NCBI GenBank assembly: GCA_965203775.1
Contig: OZ241913.1
Coordinates: forward strand, 2,832,015 to 2,896,014
DNA length: 64,000 bases
Direction of reading: 5' to 3'
Origin: Dehalococcoidia bacterium
GTDB lineage: Bacteria; Chloroflexota; Dehalococcoidia; Bin125
How positions within the stretch are numbered: the first letter of the stretch is position 1; every line of letters starts with the position of its first letter. Under the pieces are notes generated by a model. The model was not told where the DNA came from and did not search any database. It saw only the letters and a list, made by a program, of their open reading frames with translations. Positions 25,751 through 33,688 of the stretch are shown one piece after another. The position numbers and the translations under genes were made by a program.

Positions 25751-26628
25751 GATGGGGGGGCGCAGGAATGACGGAGGGGGAGGAGAGGGGGTAGGAATGC
25801 TGGAGGTGGGGTGGCGTGGTTCCTGCCTGCGCAGGAAATGACGGCTTGCGCGGTTCCTGCCTGCGCAGGAATGACGGGAGGGGGGACGCAGGAATGACGG
25901 GAGTGTGGATGCGCTCTGGAGGGGTGCGGGGAGGAGAGCGTGGGCGGCCACTCGATCGCTGGTGGCGGCTCGGTGCTTCCCACCCCCCACCTAGCCTCCC
26001 CCCTAAAAGGGGGGAGGGATGAATTGGGGAAGGGGGGAGAGGGGTGGGGGTGGTTCCTGCCTGCGCAGGAATGACGGGTGGCGCGGTTCCTGCCTGCGCA
26101 GGAATGACGGAAAGGGGGGGGGGGGGGGCGCGGGAATGACGAGTGAAGGGGGGCGAGGGATGTACGGATGGTGGCCGCTCGGTGCCTCCCACCCCCCACC
26201 TAACCTCCCCCCTTTTAGGGGGGAGGGATGAATTGGGGAAGGGGGAGGGTGGGTGGTTCCTGCCTGCGCAGGAATGACGGTTTGCGCGGTTCCTGCCTGC
26301 GCAGGAATGACGGAAGGGGGCGCGCAGGAATGACGGAAAGGGGGGCGCAGGAATGACGGGAGTGTGGATGCGCTCTGGAGGAGTGGGGGGAGGAGTGTGG
26401 GCGGCCACTCGATCGGTGGTGGCGGCTCGGTGCTTCCCACCCCCCACCTAGCCTCCCCCCTAAAAGGGGGGAGGGATGAATTGGGGAAGGGGGGGTTCCT
26501 GCCTGCGCAGGAATGACGGGCGCGCCGCCGCGCCCACTCCTGCGCTTGCGCGGTTCCTGCCTGCGCAGGAATGACGGGAAGAGGGGCGCACGAATGACGG
26601 GCGCGCCGCCGCGCCCCCCACTCGCGGG

Positions 26629-29600
26629 CTAGTTGCCTAGCACGATTACGGAGCCGGGGGCGATTTGGAAGTTGGTGGCGCCGGGGATGGGGATGCCGGC
26701 GATCACGTTGTAGCGCAGCCAGACGCCGTCGGAGCGCCAGAAGAGCACCGAGTTGATGCCCAGCAGCTCCGCGACCAGCTCCGCCGCGCTGATTGGCTCG
26801 GCGCCCAGCCAGGTGTTGAAGCCGACGATTGCGCGGTTGCCCAAGTCGCCCGCGACGCCCGGCAGGGGCGGCGGCGGGGCCGTTGCGCCGTTGGGCAGGG
26901 GCACCGTGAGCAGCTGCACGTCGCTCACCGCGCACTGCGAGGTGCGCGCTTCCGCCGCGCCCGGCGCGTCTTCGGCGGCCGTGTCAGCGGCCGCCTGCGC
27001 GCCGCAGTTTGCGCCCGCCGTGACCACCACGCTGCCCGGCGTCACGACCAGATAGCTCGCCGTCGCCTGGCCGTCGGTGGTTGTGCGCTGGCGGGTCAGC
27101 TCGACGAGCACGACCGCGGCGCCCGTGGGCGTGCTGGACCACTCAACCGGCGTGCCGTTGGGCACCCGCGCGTCGTTCGCGTCGGTCAGCGTCGCGGTGA
27201 CCGTCAGCTGGTCGCCCACGCTGGGCGCGCCGTCGGGCGCGCTGAGCGCGACCGCCGCGGGCGGCCCGGCGACCATGAAGGTCTGCCGCCCGGTCAGCGA
27301 GCCGGCGCGCAACTCGATGGTGTACTCGCCGTTGGCCAGCGGCTGGGTCGACGCGCGGTTGACGTTGATTCGCACCTGCTCGTTGCGGTTGCCGTCGAGC
27401 GTCGGGCTGTCCGCCCCGCCCAGCGGCCACTCCACCGTCACGCCGCTGCTGACCAGCTTGCCGTCGGGATCGAGCACCCGCGCCAGCGAGCGGCCCGAGG
27501 GCAGCGCGACTTTCATCCCGTTCTCGTCGGCTGCGGTGACCGCCAGCGTCAGCTGGTCGCGGTGGTCGGTGTCGGTGCCGGCTTCTTCCGCACCTTCCGT
27601 CGATTCGGCGTTGATGTTGAGCACGCCGCTCTTGGGCGCGGCGATGCCGACTGAATCGGCGCTGCCCAGGAACATCACGGTGATCGGGCCGGCGGTGAGC
27701 GCTTCGCCGTTGTCCTTGGTCAGCCGCACGCGCAGCTCGGCGCTGCTCGCCGTCGAGCCGCCGGGGTGGGTGATGGTGACGTCGATCTTGTCCGAGTTGG
27801 CGCTGGTCAGCGACGCGACGGGAATTTGGCAGATCAGCCCGCCGCTGTTGCGGCAGCCGCTGCCGATGGTGGTGCCGAGCGAGCCGGCGCTGGTGGTGAC
27901 GAAGATGGTGTTGATGGTGGCGGGGGCGGAGGCGGTGCCGCCCTCGTTGAGCACCTTCAGCCGCAGCCGGGTGCTCTGGCCGGTGGCGATGCTGGACGGA
28001 TACGGCTGGCCGCGCCGCGCCACGACCGTCTGCTCGGCGAAGCCGAACTGCAGCGCCGCGACCTCCTCGAACGTGGCCGGATCGATCACCTGCACGGCGT
28101 AGGCTTCCGACTTGACTTCGGCGCCGTTGATGTTGAGCGTGCCGGAGATGGCGAAGTCGCCCAGCTCCGCGCCGGCGGGGATCACGATGTCGGCGTTGCC
28201 CAGGTCGATCGAGCAGGTCCACAGCGTGATGCCGGTATCGCCGGAGCCGCGGCACTCAGCGCCGCCGGTCGTCCAGTCGCTCGCGCTGGAGCCCACGAAG
28301 CCCTGGCCAAGCGGCATCTGCTCGCGGAGCAGCGCGGCGCGCGAGCGCGCCGTCACGCCCGGTATGCCCGTGTAGGTGTTGCGCCCCGTCGCCTCCCACT
28401 CGAGGTCGCCGGCGATCCGCAGCGTGCCGCCCGTCACATGCAGCGCCGAATCCAGGCCGTCGCCCGGACCGCTGAAGGTCAGCACGCCGCGCAGCCGCGC
28501 GGTCGAGCCGACCGCCGCCATGTTGTCCGAATCGTCGGCCAGCCGCAGGCTGAACGCCAGATCCTCGGGCAGCGCGGCATACTCCTCGCCGACGTTGAAC
28601 CACGCGATGTCGATCGGGTGATCATGGCGAGTCCGGATCGTTTGGTCGAACGTCTGCTGGAAGATGCCGCTCCCTACGGTCACGGTCCTGGTGTACGAGC
28701 TGCCGCGACGGGCAATCACGTAGCCCTGGCCTGCGGCGTCGACGTCAAAGGTGTACTCCGCTTTGCCGGCGGGATCGTCGCCGCCCAGCGTCGGCGTTGT
28801 CGAGTATGTGATGGTGCCGTCGCCGTACTTCGAGAGCACCGTCTGGCCGGCCGTCGCCGGAACGCCGCCCTCGTCCCAGAACACGTGGCTGCCATCCGGC
28901 ACCGGCTCGCCCTCGGCGTCGGTCAGCGCGGCGGTCAGCTTGATGGTGGAGGTGTCGTCCGGATCCAGGAGCTGCCAGCGCTCCTGCCCCGTCGCTCGCT
29001 CCAATTCGAGGCCGACCGTCGCTCCATCGCCGGTCGCGGCGGTCTGGTCCGTCTCGAAGTAGACGGAGGCGCTGGCGTCGCCGGCGCTGGCGATCACCAG
29101 CACTTTGTTGTTGCTGGCCTGCGTTGGGACGCGCGCGAACGTGGCCTCGGCGACGCCGCCGGTGGTGGTCTGGTCGGCCGCGCTGGCCCGCCACAACTCC
29201 GCATCCAGCTCTGCCGCTCCGCTGAAGCCGATCGCCCGCCAGGCGACGGGCGTGCTGTCGGGCATGGCGCCGCCGTTGGCGTCGGTCACCAGCGCCTGGA
29301 CGGTGAAGCGGCCCGAGGTGCGGCGCTGCTCGAGGGGCGCGACGACCCAGACGCGGCCCGGCTCGGACAGCACCGCGGAGGCGGTTTGGCCGGTCTCGAC
29401 ATCGAGGCTGTCGCTTGCCGGATCGCGCGTTCCGGCGACGGCCGTGGCCGTGATCGTGACGCTGCCTTCGGAGAGCACGCGGAAGACGCCCCAGGCGCGT
29501 CCGTTGCTGTCGGTGCGGGTGGTCTGGAAATTGCCCCTCGCCTCGACGATGCAGGGCTGGACGGGGCACGTGACGGGATCACCCGACTCACCCGTGGCGG

Positions 29601-29955
29601 CCACCTGCCAGGTCACCGTTGCGCCGTCGGCGTAGTCGGGGACGAGCACTCCCTCGTCCTCGCGGCCGGCCTTACAGACGCGGAAACCGCCTGGTTCTGC
29701 AGCGTCGCCGCTGCATTCTAAGGTCGAGCCGGTCTGCACCCGCGCTTCGACGTAGAAGTAGCTCCAGAGGGCGAGCGAGCCGACCGGCTCGCTAAGTGTG
29801 ACTGTCGCCGGGGCGACTCGAATCTGCTGCGCGCCCGCGCCGGGCGAGAGGGCGAGCAGGGCGGCGGCGGCCAACAGCGCGAGCAGCGCCGCCGACACCC
29901 AACGCGCTCCCCCCCCCGCCACGGCGGAACCGGCTCGTTTGACAGGCAGCATCAA
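26629..29955 (-). CDS. giant secreted protein with multiple bacterial Ig-like (Big/invasin-like) domains, 1108 aa
   Basis: Signal peptide MMLPVKRAGSAVAGG...LLALLAAAALLALSPGAGAQQ. Recurring ~90-aa beta-rich repeats (…LTVTATLTDANDARVPNGTPVEWS…). The C-terminal ~65 aa are shared with the proteins at 33689..37249 and 62370..>64000. Confidence 0.75.
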   Translation of the reverse strand: MMLPVKRAGSAVAGGGARWVSAALLALLAAAALLALSPGAGAQQIRVAPATVTLSEPVGSLALWSYFYVEARVQTGSTLECSGDAAEPGGFRVCKAGREDEGVLVPDYADGATVTWQVAATGESGDPVTCPVQPCIVEARGNFQTTRTDSNGRAWGVFRVLSEGSVTITATAVAGTRDPASDSLDVETGQTASAVLSEPGRVWVVAPLEQRRTSGRFTVQALVTDANGGAMPDSTPVAWRAIGFSGAAELDAELWRASAADQTTTGGVAEATFARVPTQASNNKVLVIASAGDASASVYFETDQTAATGDGATVGLELERATGQERWQLLDPDDTSTIKLTAALTDAEGEPVPDGSHVFWDEGGVPATAGQTVLSKYGDGTITYSTTPTLGGDDPAGKAEYTFDVDAAGQGYVIARRGSSYTRTVTVGSGIFQQTFDQTIRTRHDHPIDIAWFNVGEEYAALPEDLAFSLRLADDSDNMAAVGSTARLRGVLTFSGPGDGLDSALHVTGGTLRIAGDLEWEATGRNTYTGIPGVTARSRAALLREQMPLGQGFVGSSASDWTTGGAECRGSGDTGITLWTCSIDLGNADIVIPAGAELGDFAISGTLNINGAEVKSEAYAVQVIDPATFEEVAALQFGFAEQTVVARRGQPYPSSIATGQSTRLRLKVLNEGGTASAPATINTIFVTTSAGSLGTTIGSGCRNSGGLICQIPVASLTSANSDKIDVTITHPGGSTASSAELRVRLTKDNGEALTAGPITVMFLGSADSVGIAAPKSGVLNINAESTEGAEEAGTDTDHRDQLTLAVTAADENGMKVALPSGRSLARVLDPDGKLVSSGVTVEWPLGGADSPTLDGNRNEQVRINVNRASTQPLANGEYTIELRAGSLTGRQTFMVAGPPAAVALSAPDGAPSVGDQLTVTATLTDANDARVPNGTPVEWSSTPTGAAVVLVELTRQRTTTDGQATASYLVVTPGSVVVTAGANCGAQAAADTAAEDAPGAAEARTSQCAVSDVQLLTVPLPNGATAPPPPLPGVAGDLGNRAIVGFNTWLGAEPISAAELVAELLGINSVLFWRSDGVWLRYNVIAGIPIPGATNFQIAPGSVIVLGN

Positions 29956-30099
29956 CCACGCTCCTCACACCGGCCGGCGCCGCATCGGGGCAACGCCGGC
30001 TGTACGGCAGACTCAGGCAGGATACAGCATCCCCGCCAGGCAGGCGCAACGCGCCAACTCCACTATGTCCGCAGGCTACAGCCCCAATCGGCAGCCCCC

Positions 30100-30640
30100 C
30101 CCCCCCCCGGCGAGATTTGACACTCTCTTTACACCGTTCCGCCACTCCCTACTTCCCGCTCTCCCCTCCCCCAATTCATCCCTCCCCCCTTTTAGGGGGG
30201 AGGTTAGGTGGGGGGTGGGAAGCCCCGAGCCGGCGCTGGCGGCCCTCTTGCACCGCGATCGCCTCGCCCGCGTTCCTGCCTGCGCAGGAATGACGAGTGG
30301 GGGGCGCAGGAATGACGGGCGGGCGCGGTTCCTGCCTGCGCAGGAATGACGGAGGAGGGGCGTGGGCGGCCACTCGATCGCTGGTGGACGCTCGGTGCCT
30401 CCCACCCCCCACCTAACCTCCCCCCTAAAAGGGGGGAGGGATGAATTTTCTTGGGGTAGGTGTTTTGGGGTGGGGAGGTGCTTGGTGTGCTGCGTGTGCG
30501 GTTCCTGCCTGCGCAGGAATGACGGAGGGGGCGCAGGAATGACGGAAGTGTGGAGCGCAGGAATGACGGGCGGGCGCGGCGGGTTCCTGCCTGCGCAGGA
30601 ATGACGGAGGAGGGGCGCAGGAATGACGGGAGTTTGGACA
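30100..30640. repeat. intergenic repeat island
   Basis: Family-B hairpins at ~30180 and ~30400 and family-A units throughout. Contains a poly-C/G run at 30100-30115. Confidence 0.8.
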
Positions 30641-30644
30641 GGCG

Positions 30645-31166
30645 CTAGCCGGCGGATGCTTCGGCCTCCTGCTCGCGGCGGTCGGCGCAGCGTCGGGCGG
30701 CGCGGCGGTAAGGCTGGTTGTCGGGCGGAGCGAGGTCGAGCGGCAGCGTGCGGTGGGCGTCGTCGAGCATTGCGCAGAAAGACTGGATGGTCGGCACCCA
30801 GAAGCGAATGTCATCCGGGTACTGAAGGTCGTCGTAGAAGTTCAGGTGCAGCCGTTCGGCGGCGGCGAAGCTGCGGCTGAGCTCGGGCGAGTCTGTGCCG
30901 AGCGCCTCGTCGATGCGCCGCACCAGCTGGTGGGCGATGCCGTGCTCGCAGTAGTACCACTCGCGGGCGTCCGCGAACACTCTGAGCCGGCGAGTGACTG
31001 CGCCCCACAATTTCTCGCACACTTGGGCGCGGAGTTCGCCGTCAATCTCTACATCCGGCCGCGCGAGGATCTCTTCTGCGGCGGCGAGCAGTCCGTCGCT
31101 GGTGCGGAGGTGCGGCTCAATCGGTGGCTGGGGCGGGCGGTAGGGGATTGGTTCGGGGGTGGGCAT
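30645..31166 (-). CDS. paralog-array protein 1 (173 aa), uncharacterized family with HEPN-like R-x6-H motif
   Basis: MPTPEPIPYRPPQPPIEPHLRTSDGLLAAAEEILARPDVEIDGELRAQVCEKLWGAVTRRLRVFADAREWYYCEHGIAHQLV.... Its start shares 1 nt with the stop of the upstream paralog (TAATG). Confidence 0.7.
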   Translation of the reverse strand: MPTPEPIPYRPPQPPIEPHLRTSDGLLAAAEEILARPDVEIDGELRAQVCEKLWGAVTRRLRVFADAREWYYCEHGIAHQLVRRIDEALGTDSPELSRSFAAAERLHLNFYDDLQYPDDIRFWVPTIQSFCAMLDDAHRTLPLDLAPPDNQPYRRAARRCADRREQEAEASAG

Positions 31167-31678
31167 TACTGCGCCTCCTGCGCGCGCCGGTCGGCGCAGC
31201 GTCGGGCGGCGTTGCGGTAACGCCGGCTGCTGGGTGGGGCCAGGTCGAGCGGCAGCCTGCGGTGGGCATCGTCAAGCATCGCGCAGAGGATCTGAACGAT
31301 TGACATCTGGCGACGGATCGCCGCCGGCTCCAGAAGGTCGTCATAGAAATTTCTATGCAGCTGTTCGGCGACGGCAAAGCCGCGGGTGAGTTCGGGCGGA
31401 TCGGGCTCAAGCGCCTCGTCAATGCGATCCACCAGATCGGCCGCGACGCCGTGTTCGCAGTAGTACCACTCCCGCGCATCCGCGAAGACCCGCAGGCGGC
31501 GAGTGACGGTGCCCCACAGTTTTTCGCAGGCTTGGGCGCGGAGTTCGCCGTCGATCTCGTCGTCGGGGCGGGCGAGGATCGCCTGCGCGGCGGCGAGCAG
31601 GCCGTCGCTGGTGCGGAGGTGCGGCTCGATGGGCGGCTGGGGCGGGCGGTAGGGGATTGGTTCGGGGGTGGGCATCAC
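31166..31678 (-). CDS. paralog-array protein 2 (170 aa)
   Basis: ~75% identical to array protein 1. Translationally coupled (GTGA/ATGA overlaps) on both sides. Confidence 0.7.
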   Translation of the reverse strand: MMPTPEPIPYRPPQPPIEPHLRTSDGLLAAAQAILARPDDEIDGELRAQACEKLWGTVTRRLRVFADAREWYYCEHGVAADLVDRIDEALEPDPPELTRGFAVAEQLHRNFYDDLLEPAAIRRQMSIVQILCAMLDDAHRRLPLDLAPPSSRRYRNAARRCADRRAQEAQ

Positions 31679-32208
31679 GTCGCCTCCTGCGCGCGCTGGG
31701 CCTCCTCTTGCGCGCGCCGGTCGGCGCAGCGGCGGGCGGCGCGGCGGTAAGGCTGGTTATCGGGCGGGGCGAGGTCGAGCGGCAAGGTGCGGTGGGCGTC
31801 GTCGAGCATCGCGCAGAGGGTTTGGACATTCGGCATCCGGAGGCGAATGTCATCCGGGTGCTGAAGGTCGTCGTAGAAATTCACGTGCAGTCGTTCGACG
31901 GCTTCGAATCGGAAGAGGAGTTGAGGCGGATCGACGCCGAGCGCCTCATCGATGCGATTCACCAGTTGATGCGCGATGCTGTGTTCGCAGTAGTACCACT
32001 CGCGGGCGTCGGCGAACACCCGCAGGCGGCGGGTGACGGCGCCCCAGAGCTTTTCGCAGGCCTGGGCGCGGAGTTCGCCGTCGATTTCGTCGTCGGGGCG
32101 GGCGAGGATTGCTTGGGCTGCCGAGAGCAGGCCGTCGCTGGTGCGGAGGTGCGGCTCGATCGGTGGCTGGGGCGGGTGGTAGGGGATTGGTTCGGGGGTG
32201 GGCATCAT
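31675..32208 (-). CDS. paralog-array protein 3 (177 aa)
   Basis: Same family, with a 4-nt start/stop overlap. Confidence 0.7.
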   Translation of the reverse strand: MMPTPEPIPYHPPQPPIEPHLRTSDGLLSAAQAILARPDDEIDGELRAQACEKLWGAVTRRLRVFADAREWYYCEHSIAHQLVNRIDEALGVDPPQLLFRFEAVERLHVNFYDDLQHPDDIRLRMPNVQTLCAMLDDAHRTLPLDLAPPDNQPYRRAARRCADRRAQEEAQRAQEAT

Positions 32209-32717
32209 CGCGCCTCCTGTGCGCGCCGCTCGGCGCAGCGGCGGGCGGCGCTCTTGTAGCGGCTGTTGTCGGGCGGGGCGAGGTCGAGCGGCAATGTGCG
32301 GTGGGCGTCGTCGAGCATCGCGCAGAAGGACAGCACGCTCCGCATCCGGAAGCGAATGTCATCCAGGTCCATGAGGTCCTCGTAGAACCCCTCGCGGTGC
32401 AGCCGTTCGGCGCTGTCGAATCTTTCGACGAGTTCGGGCGGATCGAGATCAAGCGCCTGGTTGATGCGATTCACCAGCTGGCGTGCGATGCTGTGTTCGC
32501 AGTAGTACCAGCGGCGCGCGTCGGCAAACACCCTGAGGCGGCGGGTCGCCGCGCCCCACAATTTCTCGCACACTTGGGCGCGGAGCTCGCCGTCGATTTC
32601 GTCGTCGGGGCGGGCGAGGATTGCCTCGGCGGCGGCGAGCAGGCCGTCGCTGGTGCGCAGGTGTGGCTCGATGGGCGGGCGGGGCGGGTGGTAGGGGATT
32701 GGTTCGGGGGTGGGCAT
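32205..32717 (-). CDS. paralog-array protein 4 (170 aa), first gene of the array
   Basis: Same family (MPTPEPIPYHPPRPPIEPHLRTSDGLL...ARRWYYCEHSIARQLV). It is preceded by a repeat island. Confidence 0.7.
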   Translation of the reverse strand: MPTPEPIPYHPPRPPIEPHLRTSDGLLAAAEAILARPDDEIDGELRAQVCEKLWGAATRRLRVFADARRWYYCEHSIARQLVNRINQALDLDPPELVERFDSAERLHREGFYEDLMDLDDIRFRMRSVLSFCAMLDDAHRTLPLDLAPPDNSRYKSAARRCAERRAQEAR

Positions 32718-32749
32718 CGCTGCTCCTGTTCGGCAGGGCGCATGGGCAG

Positions 32750-32890
32750 CGTATCACCGCGCGTTCCTGCCTGCGCAGGAATGACGGGGAGGAGGGGCAG
32801 GAATGACGATTGGGGGGCGCGGGTTCCTGCCTGCGCAGGAATGACGGGGAGGGGCGCGCGGTTCCTGCCGGCGCAGGAACCAACGGAGGC
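32750..32890. repeat. short repeat island (family-A units)
   Basis: Four family-A copies: gttcctgcctgcgcaggaatgacgg. Confidence 0.8.
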
Positions 32891-32894
32891 GTCC

Positions 32895-33251
32895 CTAGCC
32901 CCCGCCGCGCGCAATCAGCCAGCCGAGCATGGCGAGGTTGGACCCTGCCAGCAGACCAACCGCCCAAGTCAGCATCGTGAAGCGGCGGTCGGTGCTCTCT
33001 TTGAAGTCGTCGAAGCGTTGGTTGACGTTTTCCTTGAAGTCGCTGAAGCGTTGCCCCAGAGCTTTCTGCTCCTGCTCGAGGACGATCAGGTGCTGCTCAA
33101 CACCGTTGAGGCCCTGCTCAAGGTCCTTCTGGCCCTGGCGCAGATCGCGCAGGCCGTCGTCAAGGTGCGTGAAGCGCCGGTCGAACTCCGCCGAGCGGCG
33201 CTCGAATTCGTCGCGGTGGACGAAGGGGGGTTGCTCTTCTGCGGTGACCAT
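32895..33251 (-). CDS. hypothetical tail-anchored coiled-coil protein (118 aa)
   Basis: Internal RF(S/D)DFKE(N/S) repeats, then a C-terminal TM helix WAVGLLAGSNLAMLGWLIARGGG. Good codon usage. Confidence 0.5.
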   Translation of the reverse strand: MVTAEEQPPFVHRDEFERRSAEFDRRFTHLDDGLRDLRQGQKDLEQGLNGVEQHLIVLEQEQKALGQRFSDFKENVNQRFDDFKESTDRRFTMLTWAVGLLAGSNLAMLGWLIARGGG

Positions 33252-33254
33252 GAG

Positions 33255-33665
33255 CGAAGCATAGCAGGGCTGGGGGTTCCTGCCTGCGCAGGAATGACGG
33301 GGAGGGGGCGCGGGAATGACGGGGAGGGGGCGCAGGAATGACGGGTGGGGCGCGCGGTGGCCACTCGATCTCTGGTGGACGCTCGGTGCCTCCCACCCCC
33401 CACCTAACCTCCCCCCTAAAAGGGGGGAGGGATGAATTGGGGAAGGGGTGGGGAGGGGGTGGGTGGGTGCGCGGTTCCTGCCTGCGCAGGAATGACGAAG
33501 TGGGGCGCAGGAATGACGGAGGGGGGGCGCGGTTCCTGCCTGCGCAGGAATGACGGGAGGGGGGCGCGGTTCCTGCCTGCGCGGTTCCTGCCTGCGCAGG
33601 AATGACGAAGTGCGGGGATGACGGGTGGGGGTGGGTTATAGTAAACTGGCTGGCAGATTTCGCTC
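33255..33665. repeat. intergenic repeat island
   Basis: One family-B hairpin (~33400) flanked by family-A units. Confidence 0.8.
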
Positions 33666-33688
33666 TGCGCGTGTAGGGAGGCATTGCC

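Larger units (their letters stand above)
25385..26640. repeat. large intergenic repeat island (~1.25 kb) of family-A and family-B elements, nested insertions
   Basis: At least 6 family-B hairpins and more than 12 family-A units, in blocks repeated roughly every 210-230 bp. Contains element X1 and MITE-1a. Confidence 0.85.

Noticed and set aside
25380-26640. Numerous 60-330-aa tracker ORFs inside repeat islands (e.g. 25461..26447, 26003..26935, 18385..19080, 24156..24914, 60194..60814, 60816..61463)
   Set aside because: Their peptides are concatenations of the same repeat translations (SFLRRQE, VIPAQAGT, HSCAGRN, PSPLLGGRLGGGWE). They overlap one another in all frames, so they are six-frame artefacts of palindromic DNA.
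30645-32717. Interpreting the tandem paralog array as phage tail-fibre or other structural repeats
   Set aside because: Each unit is a complete ORF with its own start, RBS-like spacing and stop overlap, not an in-frame protein repeat. There are no phage structural genes nearby.
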